DNA of 51,207 bases from Macrostomum lignano (GCA_002269645.1 NIVC01001053.1:93409-144615); one strand, 5' to 3'; positions 1 to 12,796 are shown, numbered from the stretch's first letter. Notes: generated from the letters alone by a model not told the origin. Made by a program: numbers and translations.

Positions 1-1994
1 TACAATGATAGCACAACAACCTCCCTGAGTCCCTTAACAACTCTCATAAACTTAAGCCTTCAAAAGACTATTATTAACAGCAAGTGCCTAATTAAGTTAA
101 ATAATCTGCAAATATTTAATTATCAAACCTTCATATTGGCAGCCTCCTCAGGTCCAAGGAAATTATTAGCAAATATTCCATTGGGACTTCGAGCATTGCT
201 CTGCTCAACAATGCCTCCATTGTCGCCATTGGCTGCTGCAGAGTCAGAAGATGCATGGCTGAACTCTATGAGTGGCAGATTTGTGCTCTTGCCACTTGAA
301 TTGTTTGAGCTGCCTCCATTCATATTTTTAATTAATTAGACACTATATATATTTAGGCTTTTGGGAATGCTGGAGTCAAGTCCGTGCGCCTGCAAAACTA
401 TTTGAAATTATTGAAATCTTTTAATTTATGGTAGCAGATTAGAAGCAAAAATTATGATCAATACCAATTACAAGCATAAGACAATCTTAATATGCTTTAA
501 GTTAAGTAATAGTTAGACAGAAGCATAATTTTGGAACATGTTAAAATCCAATCAGAGATTGAATTACATCTTATAGAATCAATGTATAATACAAAGACTT
601 AATGCATAGGAATTCAAAACTTTCAATTAATTTGCAACAATTCAAATGTATACTTATATTTATTCTGGCTATATTAGATTTCACATTTTCAATAAGTAAG
701 GGATAAAAAAGCTAAAAAATGACATTGAGCAAATAATACAACTGAGTAAAAAAGTTGAATAAAAAATATGAGTAAAAATCCAAGTTTTGAAGCAAACATG
801 ATCATAGTGCTTGATTATAATAGGCAAAATGAAATACAAAAACATTGGAAATTTAAGATAGTTTTACAAATTTTTATTGCTTTACTAACTTTCAAAAGTA
901 AGCTATCTAAATTTTTATTAGGCAAATGAGATCTATCAAATGAAAACAAAAATACTAAAAAACTTTAAAAATCTTATTGGAGCCTCTATCATAGACAAGT
1001 TAGCCTATCAACTTATTAGCTATATAGCTAATAGCCAAGCTCCTATGAAGAGCCCTTATTTAAACTAATGCTATAATGAGGAAGGTATCCAAAGTGTAGA
1101 AGGATGGGCATACAATAGAAATTTCTATTTTACACTAAGGCTAGCTATTGTACACATTGTACATCATGCATGTCATATCATCGTATATGTTGGTCATGCT
1201 ATCATATTTTACATGTATTCACAAGTTCACAACAAGACTTTGTGAATTTGAATGGTTATATTACTACCATTTACATTACTTATTAAGTTTTTATAGTATT
1301 TTTGCATGGTACACTATATAGTACTTAATTATGTCAGAATGCTCATTAATAACAAAATTTGCAATATATCTTTAACATTTTTTCTATAGTTAAAGTATAA
1401 AAACTGCATAATACAACCATTTTTAAAACCTTTCTGCAGTAAAACATAAAACATTTTTTATTTTTAGGCCAAGCAAATATGCATTGGTGCACCTTTTGTT
1501 TTAGTCTTTACTTTATGTAATGATTTCTTAAATTCAATCAATATTCAAATTTGTAGCTAGAATAAAAAGTAAAGCCCTATCCATTATCCTAGCTATTAGA
1601 ACTCCATTGTCCAACTGCAAGTTCCAAGCTTGTATTGCAAGTTATCAAACTTGTGCAATGCAAGTTCCAACAGCTACTATGCATGTACAATGGGCGCTTT
1701 TATTTGTATACTGATTTCCATGCTTTTTCCTAGAATGTCTGTGGTATATATATTGTGCATTGTTATATAGCCAAAGTAAAATTATTTGACCCTTGTTGTA
1801 TTGTCATATAAGAAAAGACAAAAATTTACCTTCTATCATAAATGGAAATCCTTCTGCACTATAGAAATATGTCTATAAAAGGCCAGCCTTTTACTATAAA
1901 CCTTTACTATACTACTTTACTTTACTATAAGCCTTTCTACTATAAAAGACCAGCCTTTTATAGTTTATTGGCATGCATATTTTGTGCTTAAATC

Positions 1995-2305
1995 CTATAG
2001 TCTAGATCATGCTAGGTGCATACCTGAACAAAAATTGAATTACAAATACATGCCTACATTAAATGCACACTCACTCTCAAATCTACACTAGTGCTGCAAC
2101 AATAAATTACCTTTTTAGGTTGCACAAGGGCCACTTTTTAGCTAAAATTTTGGTTGATATTTTGCTTTTTTGCCAATATTATTTATTGTGAAAAATTGAT
2201 ACATGCAAAGATTTGTTTAAATGCCTTACTACAAGTTTAAAAACCTAGAAAGCTTGATATTTACTCCTAAAACTGAACTTTTGCATCTTTTTTCACTTAA
2301 CACTA
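1995..2305 (+). repeat. Old dispersed repeat, copy 1 (direct copy at about 43365-43715)
   Basis: ATAGTCTAGATCATGCTAGGTGCAT and the following ~300 bp align by eye, with gaps, to 43367 onward (shared AACAAAAATTGAAT, TTACCTTTT, TTTGGTTGAT, CTAGAAAG, TTAACACTAAC). Boundaries approximate. Confidence 0.75.
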
Positions 2306-5300
2306 ACCCTTCTACATGATTCGATAATGTGCATACTAGGTATGCACACACACTAGTGACTAGGCCCTATTTTCTTAGAATCTTGGAGTGATGCATGCCA
2401 ACTATGTACACCTACTTTTGATATGCAAGGCCAGTACATACCCAAAATTAAGGTACATGATCTGGAGTGTGGCTTGAATCCAAACACAATTGTATTTTGA
2501 GATACAAAAATGGTATACAAAGCTATTTTAAATTAGTGTAAGTATGTTCCCATTTTTGTAACAAAGGTAATCTATTTTGTAAAAAAAGAATGGTTAAGAG
2601 GTACAAAAAAGACAAAGTTCTTATTGAATAATGGTACTTATTAATTTGTTATAATAATTTGTTATAATAATATACATGTTAACTATCAAATGTTGCAATG
2701 CAAAAAAGGTCCTTTATTATTAAAGATATAGGGTCATACAATTTTGAAATTTAGATATATCCCAGACTCCAGATGGTATACATGTATGCCAGAATTTTCC
2801 GGTGTACAGAGGGATCTGGCTTACACCATTGGCATACAATTGGCATACATAGGAGCCTGGCATGCCCCTTGGCGTACAGCTTGTTGTACAGCTTGGCATA
2901 CAGCTTGGCATACAAAGATCGCCAAGACAGCAGGTGGGTAGAACCAAGTTTGGCCCTTCTATGGCCACTCTGCCTCTCCAGTGGAGAGGTTGCAGTCTGT
3001 TTGTAAAAATAGCCACTTCAACCTCCAACCTGCGCACTGTTTTTTTTGGGGGGGGGGGTTGGTGCACGGGTGGGTTCACATTCAAGGCAAATAACCCCCT
3101 CTCTGTGTTGGGGTTGCAATTAAATTTAATGATTCCCCTGGAATGGGGGGTTGGGCTTGAGCTGAGTGTACACATCAATGTACAATGTAAACAGAGAGGC
3201 TTTGGTTAGCTAGGACTATGTCGAGATTCAATTGGTTTTATTATTGGCTTGCCTTTCAATTCAATAGGCAGCCCTGTGTATCTCTCATTATTGCTATTGC
3301 TTGTCTATTGTGAATTTTGAAATTTGTTGACTGCAACCCTGCAATATGAGTGAACAAGAGTTTGAGCCAGAGATGAGCTCTGAGCTTGAGGTTGAGATTG
3401 AGGATAAGAGTCACACAGGTGACACAGCATGCTCACAATCTCATGTGAGTGATTGTGATGATGTCATTGATCTTGTTGAAACAGCTGCTGCTACATGTAC
3501 ATATACATCTGCTGCTAGTGCTACTAGTGTTACTGGTTCAATGACAGCTACAGCAGACGACTAAGTCTAAGACTGCACCTGCTACAACAACGACTCCAAC
3601 TGCTGGTAATTAGGTTACTTATTTTTAGTTACATATACTATACTATTACCTTGTATAGTGCTACATATCACATCACATGTTACATGTATGTATTGATTAG
3701 GCTTATAGTTGTGAACACGAACACTTCATTGAAAAGATATGCTCCCAGCTGGATCCAGTGCTGTGGCCCATGCAGCCAGACCCCCAGGACTGATTGGGCC
3801 ATTATTGGCATTGGCATATTTGCAAATATACTCATACAAATGCATTGTATGCAAATGCAAATACATTTAAACTAAACTAAACTAACACTTGAACAATACA
3901 TATAGGTTCTTCTAGACCATCTGGAGCAGGAGACAATGCAGTGGCTGCATGGGCTTACATTACAGCACGAATGGCAGCAAAGCAACCTGCTGCTAGCCAG
4001 CCTAATGGGCAACCTCCTGCCCAGTTTTTCAAGCCCTCAGTGCTCCCTGCTGGCCCAAGCAGGACAACTAAACCATACCATCACTTCTGCCTTAGCTGCC
4101 TACAAAGAAGCTTAGAGCCTAACAAGTGTAGCATTTTTTGAAATGATGCTAGCTCATGGACCAGGCACACTTCCAGGTAAAGGTAACTGAACTCAATAGT
4201 GCTTGTGCATGAAAAATCTGGCACATTTACATGTAGAAACACCTGGGGTGTTAAATTGTTACGAAAGTATTGCCACATGCTTCTCCTGGGGAATCTAACC
4301 TATTTTTAGTTAAAACCGTTATTATTCAATGCATTGCTCCCCAGATTTAATTTTTAAATGAAATACACAGAATATATGGTAAGTCAAGCATGTACCAATT
4401 ACTCTGATGTAGGGAGACCATTGAAGTAAAACTTCTTGTATTATGCTTGTACTTGCTTTTTGACAGGAAACTTACTACTGCCTAATTGCATTTAACAGGC
4501 ATCATAAGGACGATTCCTTGGCCAAGTTTTTTCCGGAAGACCATAGGGAGGTCCTGCCCTATCTCCGTAGCAGGAATGAGTCCAGCAGTCAGGCCAACTG
4601 CAGTTCTAGCGCGGCAGAGACCCCTGCAGCTGAATCTGCCGGTGTGAGCTCGTTTGGTGCCTTAGCATCTTTGCCTGCCATGCCCCTTTACCCGTCCTTC
4701 AGGCATCCTTGCCCTGTGTCGGCAACCTCGCGGGCCATGCTATTGCCAGCGAATTCATCTCTGGCCTTGCCAGCAGTGTTGGCCCCACTGTCGCCAAATG
4801 TGTCTGCGTCCACTCTTAATAGTATAGACAGACTGGTAGCTCTGGTGGAGCAGATGTCAGAACAGCAAGCAAAGCAGGCGAGACTCCTGGCATGTCTCAC
4901 GGAGCAGGGCCAGGCAGGGTCAGCAGCCAGTGCTAAAGCAAGGGCCAATCAGTCAATTTTGTCATCATCGACAGCCATGGTACAAGCGAAAACTATGGGC
5001 AAGCTGCTGGGCCACAAACATCTGGACTCGGCTCCTTCATGCAATGACACAATTGTGTATTGCAAGCCATGTATGCACCTTTGGGTAGAGGAACAGAAAA
5101 GACGAGGCCTCCTTCCAACTTGGCATAATGTTGCTGAGACATACTGTGCGCTGTAAGTGAAGTTCATTGTCACGAGCTACAAAAATGTGTGCAAAAAGAA
5201 AACTTGTCCCGGATATGACTCAGAATGCCATGACTAAGATGGACATTTTTTTACAAAGTTCTTGTGTAATCTTTGGACTATAGATGTACTGTGCAGTTTG

Positions 5301-5560
5301 AGAGCAATTTATGTAAATCCTGGGGCAATTTTGCTAGAGTTAACATGTTACCACTATCACTATTCCCATCCAGGAATCTGGCCTGTGATGGCACTTTGAG
5401 TACAGGCCTGCTTATCTGCAAGGATCGGATGGCCGCTTTGCTGGCTGGTGGGCCCAAATTTTGCCAGTTTAAATACAATGTCAGCCAGCACTTAGATGGC
5501 CAGCCGCAGCACCATCAAGCAGTGGTCAAGTGCCGGCTTTGGAATGAGCAGAAGTGGCAT

Positions 5561-5857
5561 CATACATGCGCAACCTCCAAATTTCGGTCGGCCATGCGAC
5601 TTAGTTTTAACAAAAATGCGACGTAGTTTTTGGCCAAAAATGCGACTTACATGTAAAAAAACCCGAAAGCAAAATAAACGCAACTTTGGGTAAACGGCAG
5701 GAGTAACTATGACTGTCTTATAAAGCCAAAATGCCTCGTCAGCTACTTAGTACTACTACTCGGTGTTTTTTCGGGTTGGCATTTTTGCGACTTCCTTGGT
5801 TGGCCGCCAAATCGGTCGGCCGGATCGGCCGACTCGGCCGACTGTTGCGCATGTATG
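5561..5857. mobile_element. hAT-type MITE (297 bp)
   Basis: Perfect 14-bp TIR CATACATGCGCAAC (5561-5574 / 5844-5857), perfect 8-bp TSD AGTGGCAT (5553-5560 / 5858-5865), subterminal CGGCCGA repeats. Confidence 0.92.
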
Positions 5858-7554
5858 AGTGGCATGGAATTGACATTGTGCGCAGCCTTATGCGCTGCAC
5901 TATCGCAACGATAGAAACCACTTCTGGTAGCTGCCATTTTGAGACGCTCGTCTGCCTCTTGTCTACATGCAAGTTTGACATTGGGCAAATCTGCCATGGG
6001 TCGTAAGTTTGCATTCTGGTGAACCTTTAATCTTTTTTAGTTAGTTTTACATGTGTGCCTAATATCTACTCAATTTTTATTGAGGAGGGATCAAGATATT
6101 CTAAAATTCATATTTTTATAATACTAATAAAACAAATGCAAACTAAGTTTCCCTAATTACTTAATACACTGCATATGTTGCCTATCCTCACTATTAAGGG
6201 ACTTTGGCTATGAGATGTGAAAGCTTTTCAAGGTATGCCTAGATGTGATGACCATTGCATTTCTCCAAAAGCCGCTTCTGTCGACTGGTTGGCCGCCCAA
6301 CTTTTGCGTGATGTGTGACAAAAGCACACCAGGTAAAAGTTAGCAGATTTTCTTGTACGCTCGTAGCAAAACTGTGTTGGGACAGGATGATTTAAACAAA
6401 AGACCTTGTATTTGTCAACCTTGGTAATATTGATGCCTAATTGAAAATAGGGTGCATAACTAACCAGGCCATCATACTGTTGTGCCGATCAAGTTCTGGA
6501 GTGGCCATCTCTATCCCAGCTGGGGCGTCTGAGGTATATAATGCTGACATGGATGGATCAGGTACTATTTTTGCTCTATGTAGCAATTACAAATTCTTCT
6601 TTTTGTAATGTGTGTACTGTTATAAAGAAGCCAAATGGCCAGTTAAAGTAATTCATATCAATTTATACCAAATAGAGTAGTAAAACCCAGCCTGCAAACA
6701 AATCTTTACTTAACAAGCCCCATTCTTGCGGCTCTTTGACTTGCTGACCTTTTTTGCCACCCCACTGGACTGGCTTGTGGCAGTAGTGGCCAATGGACAA
6801 TACCAGTTGGATCCATTGTGGCCGACACACTTTCTGACTCAGGAGGCAATGGCTAAATCCTTGTGATTTGGGACATTGCCCATTTCCTCAATCTGGCTAT
6901 CAATGACATGCGGAACAGGAGCAGAGAAGAGGCGACGACGCTGAAGCAATTTATGTGTTGTGCTAACTTGTTTGCTCACCATTTTGGCCCGGGTCGAGGA
7001 TTTTTGATGCTGCAGGTAAGGTTTTTATTCTTTCAACTTAAATTTGAGGGATTGTTTAAGCTGTAAATTTAAATATTTTTAAATTTGGAAAGGCTTTTGT
7101 GCCAATTATTCCATCAGCATGGCCCAGAGACCTGGACCTTTTTAATGTCCACTTAAACTTTTGTACAGAAGGGCCTTCTGCACAATTATCCACACTCATT
7201 TAAGGCCATGCCAGAGGGCACAGTGCGCGCTGTGTCCAGTTTTGCGATGCAGCGCTTTCTTTTCTCTGCAACTTCATAGTGGAAAGCTATCGAGGAAGTG
7301 TATGCCGAGCTCTACAATGCTTTTGTTTCTGAAGGGTTTAACTGCTCAGACAACACGCCACTTCAGTATAAGCTTTTCGGAAGCGACTTGTTTTTGATCT
7401 ACTGTGCCTGATTGACCTTGTAGAGCCAATCTGTGCCTTGATGTCACTCACCCAGGTTTGTATTTACTTGATTATATTGCGATTTTTGTTCTTTTGTCTA
7501 CTTAATTGCACTGTGCCATCTCAATTAGCTCTTATGTGAAAGCTTGTAACACCC

Positions 7555-10250
7555 TATTTGGGGTCCACCCTTATAGACTCTGGCAGAGGCAGTTTGCCCA
7601 AGAAGTTGGGCAGTGACTGTATGGTTGGAGATCATGTACATGATCCACCATATGAGGATAGCATGAGCTTTGCGATTTTGAATGGCTCTCTGAAACACTT
7701 TAAAGATAACGTTGTCAAAGGCGCCAACAATGTCAAGAAAAAGAGCCAAGGCATAACCATCACCTAGTACCGCCCATTTAATCTTCTTGACTATCGCATG
7801 CAAGGTGCTGTCAGTCGAACTCCCAGTATGGAAGGCGTACTGATGATTGCTGAGAGGCATTGCTGTCAGCTTGCAAGAAAGCAGCCACCAGAGAATAAGC
7901 CTCTCAGTGAGTTTAAGCATTGCTGACGTTAAGCTAATTGGTCTAAAGGCCTTGACGCTCTGGTAGTCACCCTTCCCAGGTTTGGGAATGAAGACTACCC
8001 GAGCTTTGGTCCAGCACTTGGGAACATATCCCAGCTAGATAGAAGCCCACATGAGATTGCGGGTAAGTCTCAAGAATGAGGGTATCTTGGCTGCTTCACA
8101 AAGAAGAACAGGGTAGATACCATCAGGTCCAGGAGATTTGAAGGGCTTGAAGGTTCTGACCGCACAAGCAATTAAGTCTTTAGTGATTATGCCCACTGCT
8201 AGGGTGGCTCCATCCATTGAGTGGTTGGGTTCCGATCTAGCAGTGGGTACCCTTGGGAAGAATGTGCTAAGCATATGCTGAAGCACTTCTTCAGGGTCTT
8301 TAGTAAGAGGGCCATCATCTTTTCTGATCATGGCTAATTTGGACATTTTGTCCATTGTAAGGGCCTTGACAAGCCTAGAAGTAGGTCTGTCTTGATCCAA
8401 TTCATTGCAGAATTGGCGCCATTTACATTCCTTGGCCTTGCGCACTTCAGATTTGAAGTTGCGGGAGGCTTGTTGGAAAAGCTCCATGTCCTCCAGGTTT
8501 CTGGTCTTCATGGCACGGCGGTGAAGGCTTTTGGCCTTCCACCTGAGTTTCCCCAGCTCCGGGTTCCACCACGGCACCGAGGTCTTGCCTTTGTAGGCAT
8601 GGACAGGGCAGGCCACCTCATAAGCTGCAATAATGCAACCTGTCAGCTTCTCAGCCACTTGGTCCATATCCTTGCAGGTCTCAATTGGATGTAAGTCCAT
8701 GAGTTCCTGCAGGTGCAGATCAAGGGTAGCCTTTTAGGCCGCCCAATCAGTGTTGCGGATGTTACACCTCCAAGTAATCGAGGACTGGGGTTTAGTGTCT
8801 GCGATGTTAAAGGCGATAAAGCAGTGGTCAGACAGGGAGGGCTCCTCAGACCAGACTCTCCACTCCTCAACTCTGTCAAAGAGTCTTGGGGTAACGAGTG
8901 TGGCGTCAAGGACCTCAGTCCATCTGCCATTGTTAAAGGTAGGAGTGCTACTGCAGTTGCAGAGCATGAGGTTTGTGTTAGAGATAAGGGCCAGAAGCTC
9001 CTCCCCTCTAGTATTGGTGTCTTTGCTGCCCCAGTGCTTGTGGTGCACGTTGAGGTCGCCCTCCAAGCACAGCTCAGCATTCTGGGACTCGCAGTATTGC
9101 GCAAGGTGCTGTAGACTCTCAGGAGCAGGTTCTCTGTCGCCAGGGATATAAATCGAGGCAACAAGACACATATGCGGAGAGAGATGATTAGATTGGATGA
9201 CACAGAGGTCTCCATCAGAGAGATCAGTCCTCAGCCAAGCCTGGAGATGGCTGGCAGCGAGGATAGCCACTCTAGGGTGGTTGTTCCCCAGGCCATACAC
9301 ATAAAAGTCAGAGTAGCCAGAGGGAATGTTGAGCAACTTACTGTTGCGCATCCAGGGTTCCTGGATCAGAATGAGGCCTGGCCTGTACAGCTCAGCAATC
9401 TTCATTAGATTTACTGATGCAGATACGCAATGCTGTAGATTTATTTGCAGACAGAATGTCACTCCTTTGGCAGTGTGGAGCTTAGTCATACTGTATTAAA
9501 TGCAATTGTCTAGCTAGAGCCCCAGGCTATCAAGGAGACTTAGACAGCAAATCGTCCTCATCCTAGGCCATTGGGGCTTGACTGGGAGATGGGAGTTGGT
9601 CGATGTCCATGGCCTCCTCACCCCTACCAGCCCCCCCCCCAGCAGAGTCCTCGGGCTCCGATGACAGGATGGAGGAAGCTTCCACATCTGCATCTTTGCC
9701 TTCAGACCCCACCAGGGTGGCCAAGGAGAGCTCAGATTCCGAAGACCCAGCCTCATCCTCAACTCTTCCTCTGGCTGGCAGGTTTGGTTCTCAGGGCTTG
9801 GCCGAAGTGGTTACCGTGGTGGCCAAACTGCTGCTAGCAGAGGGGGGAGATACAGCTTTGGCTTTGGGATCGGCTTGCGCCTTTCCTTGGGCCTTAGACT
9901 GCGCCCCACTCTTGCCGGAGATGCCGGGGTTGGCAGAAGCCTTTCCTTTAGCAGACTTTCCTTGGTGCATCTTGAGCTTGAGGGCACCCAGCTAGAAAGA
10001 GGATCCATTAGGGTACCAACTCGCCCAAGCATTGGAAAGGCCGAGGACAATTGAGTTGCCCATCTCCCCCCTGCGGACTTTGCGGTGATACACCAGTCCA
10101 CTAGCAGGGAGGTCGGGGTTTAGATACAGTAGGACCCGGTGGATAACGTCAGGTTTAGCTGCAGTGCTTTTAGCAGGGACAAACACCACATAGGGTATTG
10201 TCTTTGGACGCTGGCCTTTGCGAAGAAAAAGAGCTCTGCCAAGGTCAGCA
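7555..10250 (-). mobile_element. Non-LTR retrotransposon fragment (APE endonuclease + partial RT, LOA/R1-like) with ORF1 remnant
   Basis: ORF2 in one frame from 9489 with two in-frame stops (8736, 8037): LQINLQH, IQEPW, GDLNVHHKHWGS, TPTF..LDAT (APE); SPGPDGI, FIPKPGK..FRPISL, LFLDIVGAFDNV, GGPQ (RT). Ends before YADD. ORF1-like piece RVLLYLNPDL..GNSIVLGL at about 10000-10250. Upper boundary approximate. Confidence 0.9.
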
Positions 10251-12652
10251 TCCAAGGAGACCGTCGGCAGCCGCTGGAGCAGCTGATGGTGGTTGCCACG
10301 CTGGCATCTCCCACGTCTCTGGTGGACGTCGAGCGTTTCTGTCATTTGCCTGCTGCTGAGCGGCTGGTCCAGCAGGCGCACAAGTTTTTGCACATGCAAG
10401 ACTTGGAGCCATTCCTGTTGCAGAAGTGTGTGGTCAATTTTGTTGACGCGATCAAGCACGTGAGTTTTTCTTCTATTGTATCAGGCAAAACCACGGAACT
10501 GGCCCTTGTCAATTGTATGTAAATAGCCTAAAATATGAAAAATTGGGCATGTTTCAATGTCGATTGAAATATTGAAATCCAACGACCAATTAGAACCTTT
10601 TTCTAGCCAAGGAGTGCCCATTGAGTCATAATGATTTGAATTTTCTTTTTAAATTGTACATTTTTCAGTTGTTGATGTATTCTAACTAAAAATACAATTG
10701 AAGCACTTGTAAAAAACTGGACTGACTGGACTTTATGATGACTTTAAAATATGTAACTGATGTCTCTCAAAAAAGACTTTAATTAACCCTTAGCTAATTG
10801 TAATATGACATCCAAAATCTCAATCAGGTTCTTTATTCTGGGGAAGGGCATGACAGCTGGCTCAAACCCCATGTTGAGGGCACCTTTCAGTGCCTTCGTA
10901 TTGTCCCACCGCGACTTCCAGCCAACTTCAAGACGCGCCTGGCTGTTACAAAAGAAGACAATTCTGTTGTCGAGGTTGCGCTAAATGAGGAGGCTGTCCT
11001 CAAGTCCTTCTAAACCAACACCTCTGTGTACTGTTGTGCTGGGAAATCAGCTTGCGCCTTACTTGACTTTGCGCTTAATCGCAGTGGTACTAGTGAGAAT
11101 ATTTCTTTGACATGATTGGTATAGATCAGAGAAGTCCCAATTTAAATTAACAGTAGAGCTATATGTACAAGCTCAACCATTCAATATAGTAGTTATATGT
11201 ACATGTATTTTAATAAACTACATGTACATATATTTATACTGCATGCAAATAAGTGCCACTTAAAAATTTATTTTTTCTCTCAACAGAGGCTGTTGCTGAA
11301 TTGTTTTACGGAACAATGCGCTTATAGAAAAAGTATGGTGGGCAAACCAACAAGGTCCTGGAGCGCCATACTAAGCTGAAGTGGATGTTGCCTCCCCTGG
11401 GTAGCGATGCCTGCGAGCGGTTCTTGGAAAAGGCGGTGAAGCTCTACTTTAGGGGCGATGTGAAGCAAGGCATCCGTAAGCACCGCGTGCCGTACTTCAT
11501 CTCTAGCCGCACCATGTACTACATCGTTAGCAAAGTGGTAGATTGGCAAAAGGATCTAACATCGCGTACGACTTTGTCGGCATTGCCACAGAACATATTG
11601 ACAACTAATGCTGTGCTGACATAAGTGGGAGTGGGAAAACTTGTTGAAAATGAGGGCTAATATTGAAAGTAGTTTAACCGAAAGTATAAATTACTTTCGG
11701 TTAATTAATTTGCCACAGCTTAGCTTACAAAAAAGCGAGTTTAGGTTAATTAACCACCATTAAAAATTAACCTTAGGAATACTAAACCTTGTTTCAATGG
11801 GAAAGTTTTATAGGTGAAAAATTTTCTTGGCCTATATTTGTATGCGATGTAAATCCGTTGGTGTACATTGGCATACAGGAGCTAAGGAAGCAAATTTCAT
11901 TCCGATAGTATACAATTCTGACACTAGGATATATCTAACATTCTAATAGTCACATTTCTATTTTTGGCATACTTGGTATATACCTAAAACAACTCTTATA
12001 TACACTAGACACCATTCTAATAGCACCATAGTGGAATTTAATAATGTTATTTGCTTCTTTATATTCTTAGTCTTAGCCCATTGGTGGGCTTTACTTATTA
12101 TAGCCTTTGGCTTTAGGAGCCACTGACTAAGTTCAAAAGATAGCCACTATATTTTTCAGTGTTTTTTATTTTATTATTAGGACTAGGCCTATCATTATAT
12201 ATATATATATGATTGAGTTTGACTGTTTAAGTATATAATATTTACTTTTTCCTTGAATAGGCAAATAGGCATAATAGCTATTTTGGGCGGGTAAAGCAAG
12301 TGGGCTTTACTTGGTTTTAATGGCCGAGCAACCCGCCTCGCTGCCCCTTTTTTTATTGCCTTGTACTCATACTGGTTTTACGCGCTGTACATACGTGCTG
12401 ACTAGCACCCTAACCCTTGGTGTGCATTTAGGGCCTATATGTTGCTCAGCTCAGCGTGAGAGGGCGCTGCTGCTGCTCAAAATTTTGGCATTTTTTTATG
12501 CCACTTAAATTTTTTTTATTTCTCTAATCAATTGTAATCAATCAATTCTAATCAATACACTTGAACAATGCATCCCCAAATTGCTTTGGGGCCTGCCTCA
12601 CCTCGATTGCCACTTGCCCCATCTCTGCCTCGTCACTCTCATACATGCGCTA

Positions 12653-12796
12653 CCTTGGGAATCACCCGGCCGTTTCTATTGGCAACACACACATGTAAGT
12701 CGCTATTGGCTGAGAGCAGTCACGTGACTACTATTCTGTCCAATAGCGACACACATGTGTGTGTTGCCAATAGAAACGGCCGAGTGAATCCCAAGG
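12653..12796. repeat. Near-perfect ~145-bp palindrome centred on GTCACGTGAC (MITE-like foldback)
   Basis: Arms CCTTGGGAATCACCCGGCCGTTTCTATTGGCAACACACACATGTAAGTCGCTATTGG and its reverse complement match at about 53/57 positions. Confidence 0.9.

Larger units (their letters stand above)
3346..11624 (+). pseudogene. Degenerate, multi-exon hAT-like (DDE) transposase relic
   Basis: Spliced pieces give a BED-like finger (HFCLSC..WTRHTSR|HH, 4176 spliced to 4499 in frame with ORF 4518), ACDGT (5381), ANGQY (6789), WDIAHFLNLAIND (6869), MQRF (7247), DLVEPICALMSLTQ (7414-7455) and NRS-E|AVAE (11086 spliced to 11287), in hAT catalytic order. GT donors at 4177, 5153, 6003, 6333, 6562, 7016, 7456, 10460, 11087. 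Several in-frame stops. Some exon limits uncertain. Confidence 0.65.

Noticed and set aside
8392-9995. Several plus-strand ORFs of 78-133 aa
   Set aside because: Antisense shadows of the GC-rich LINE ORFs.
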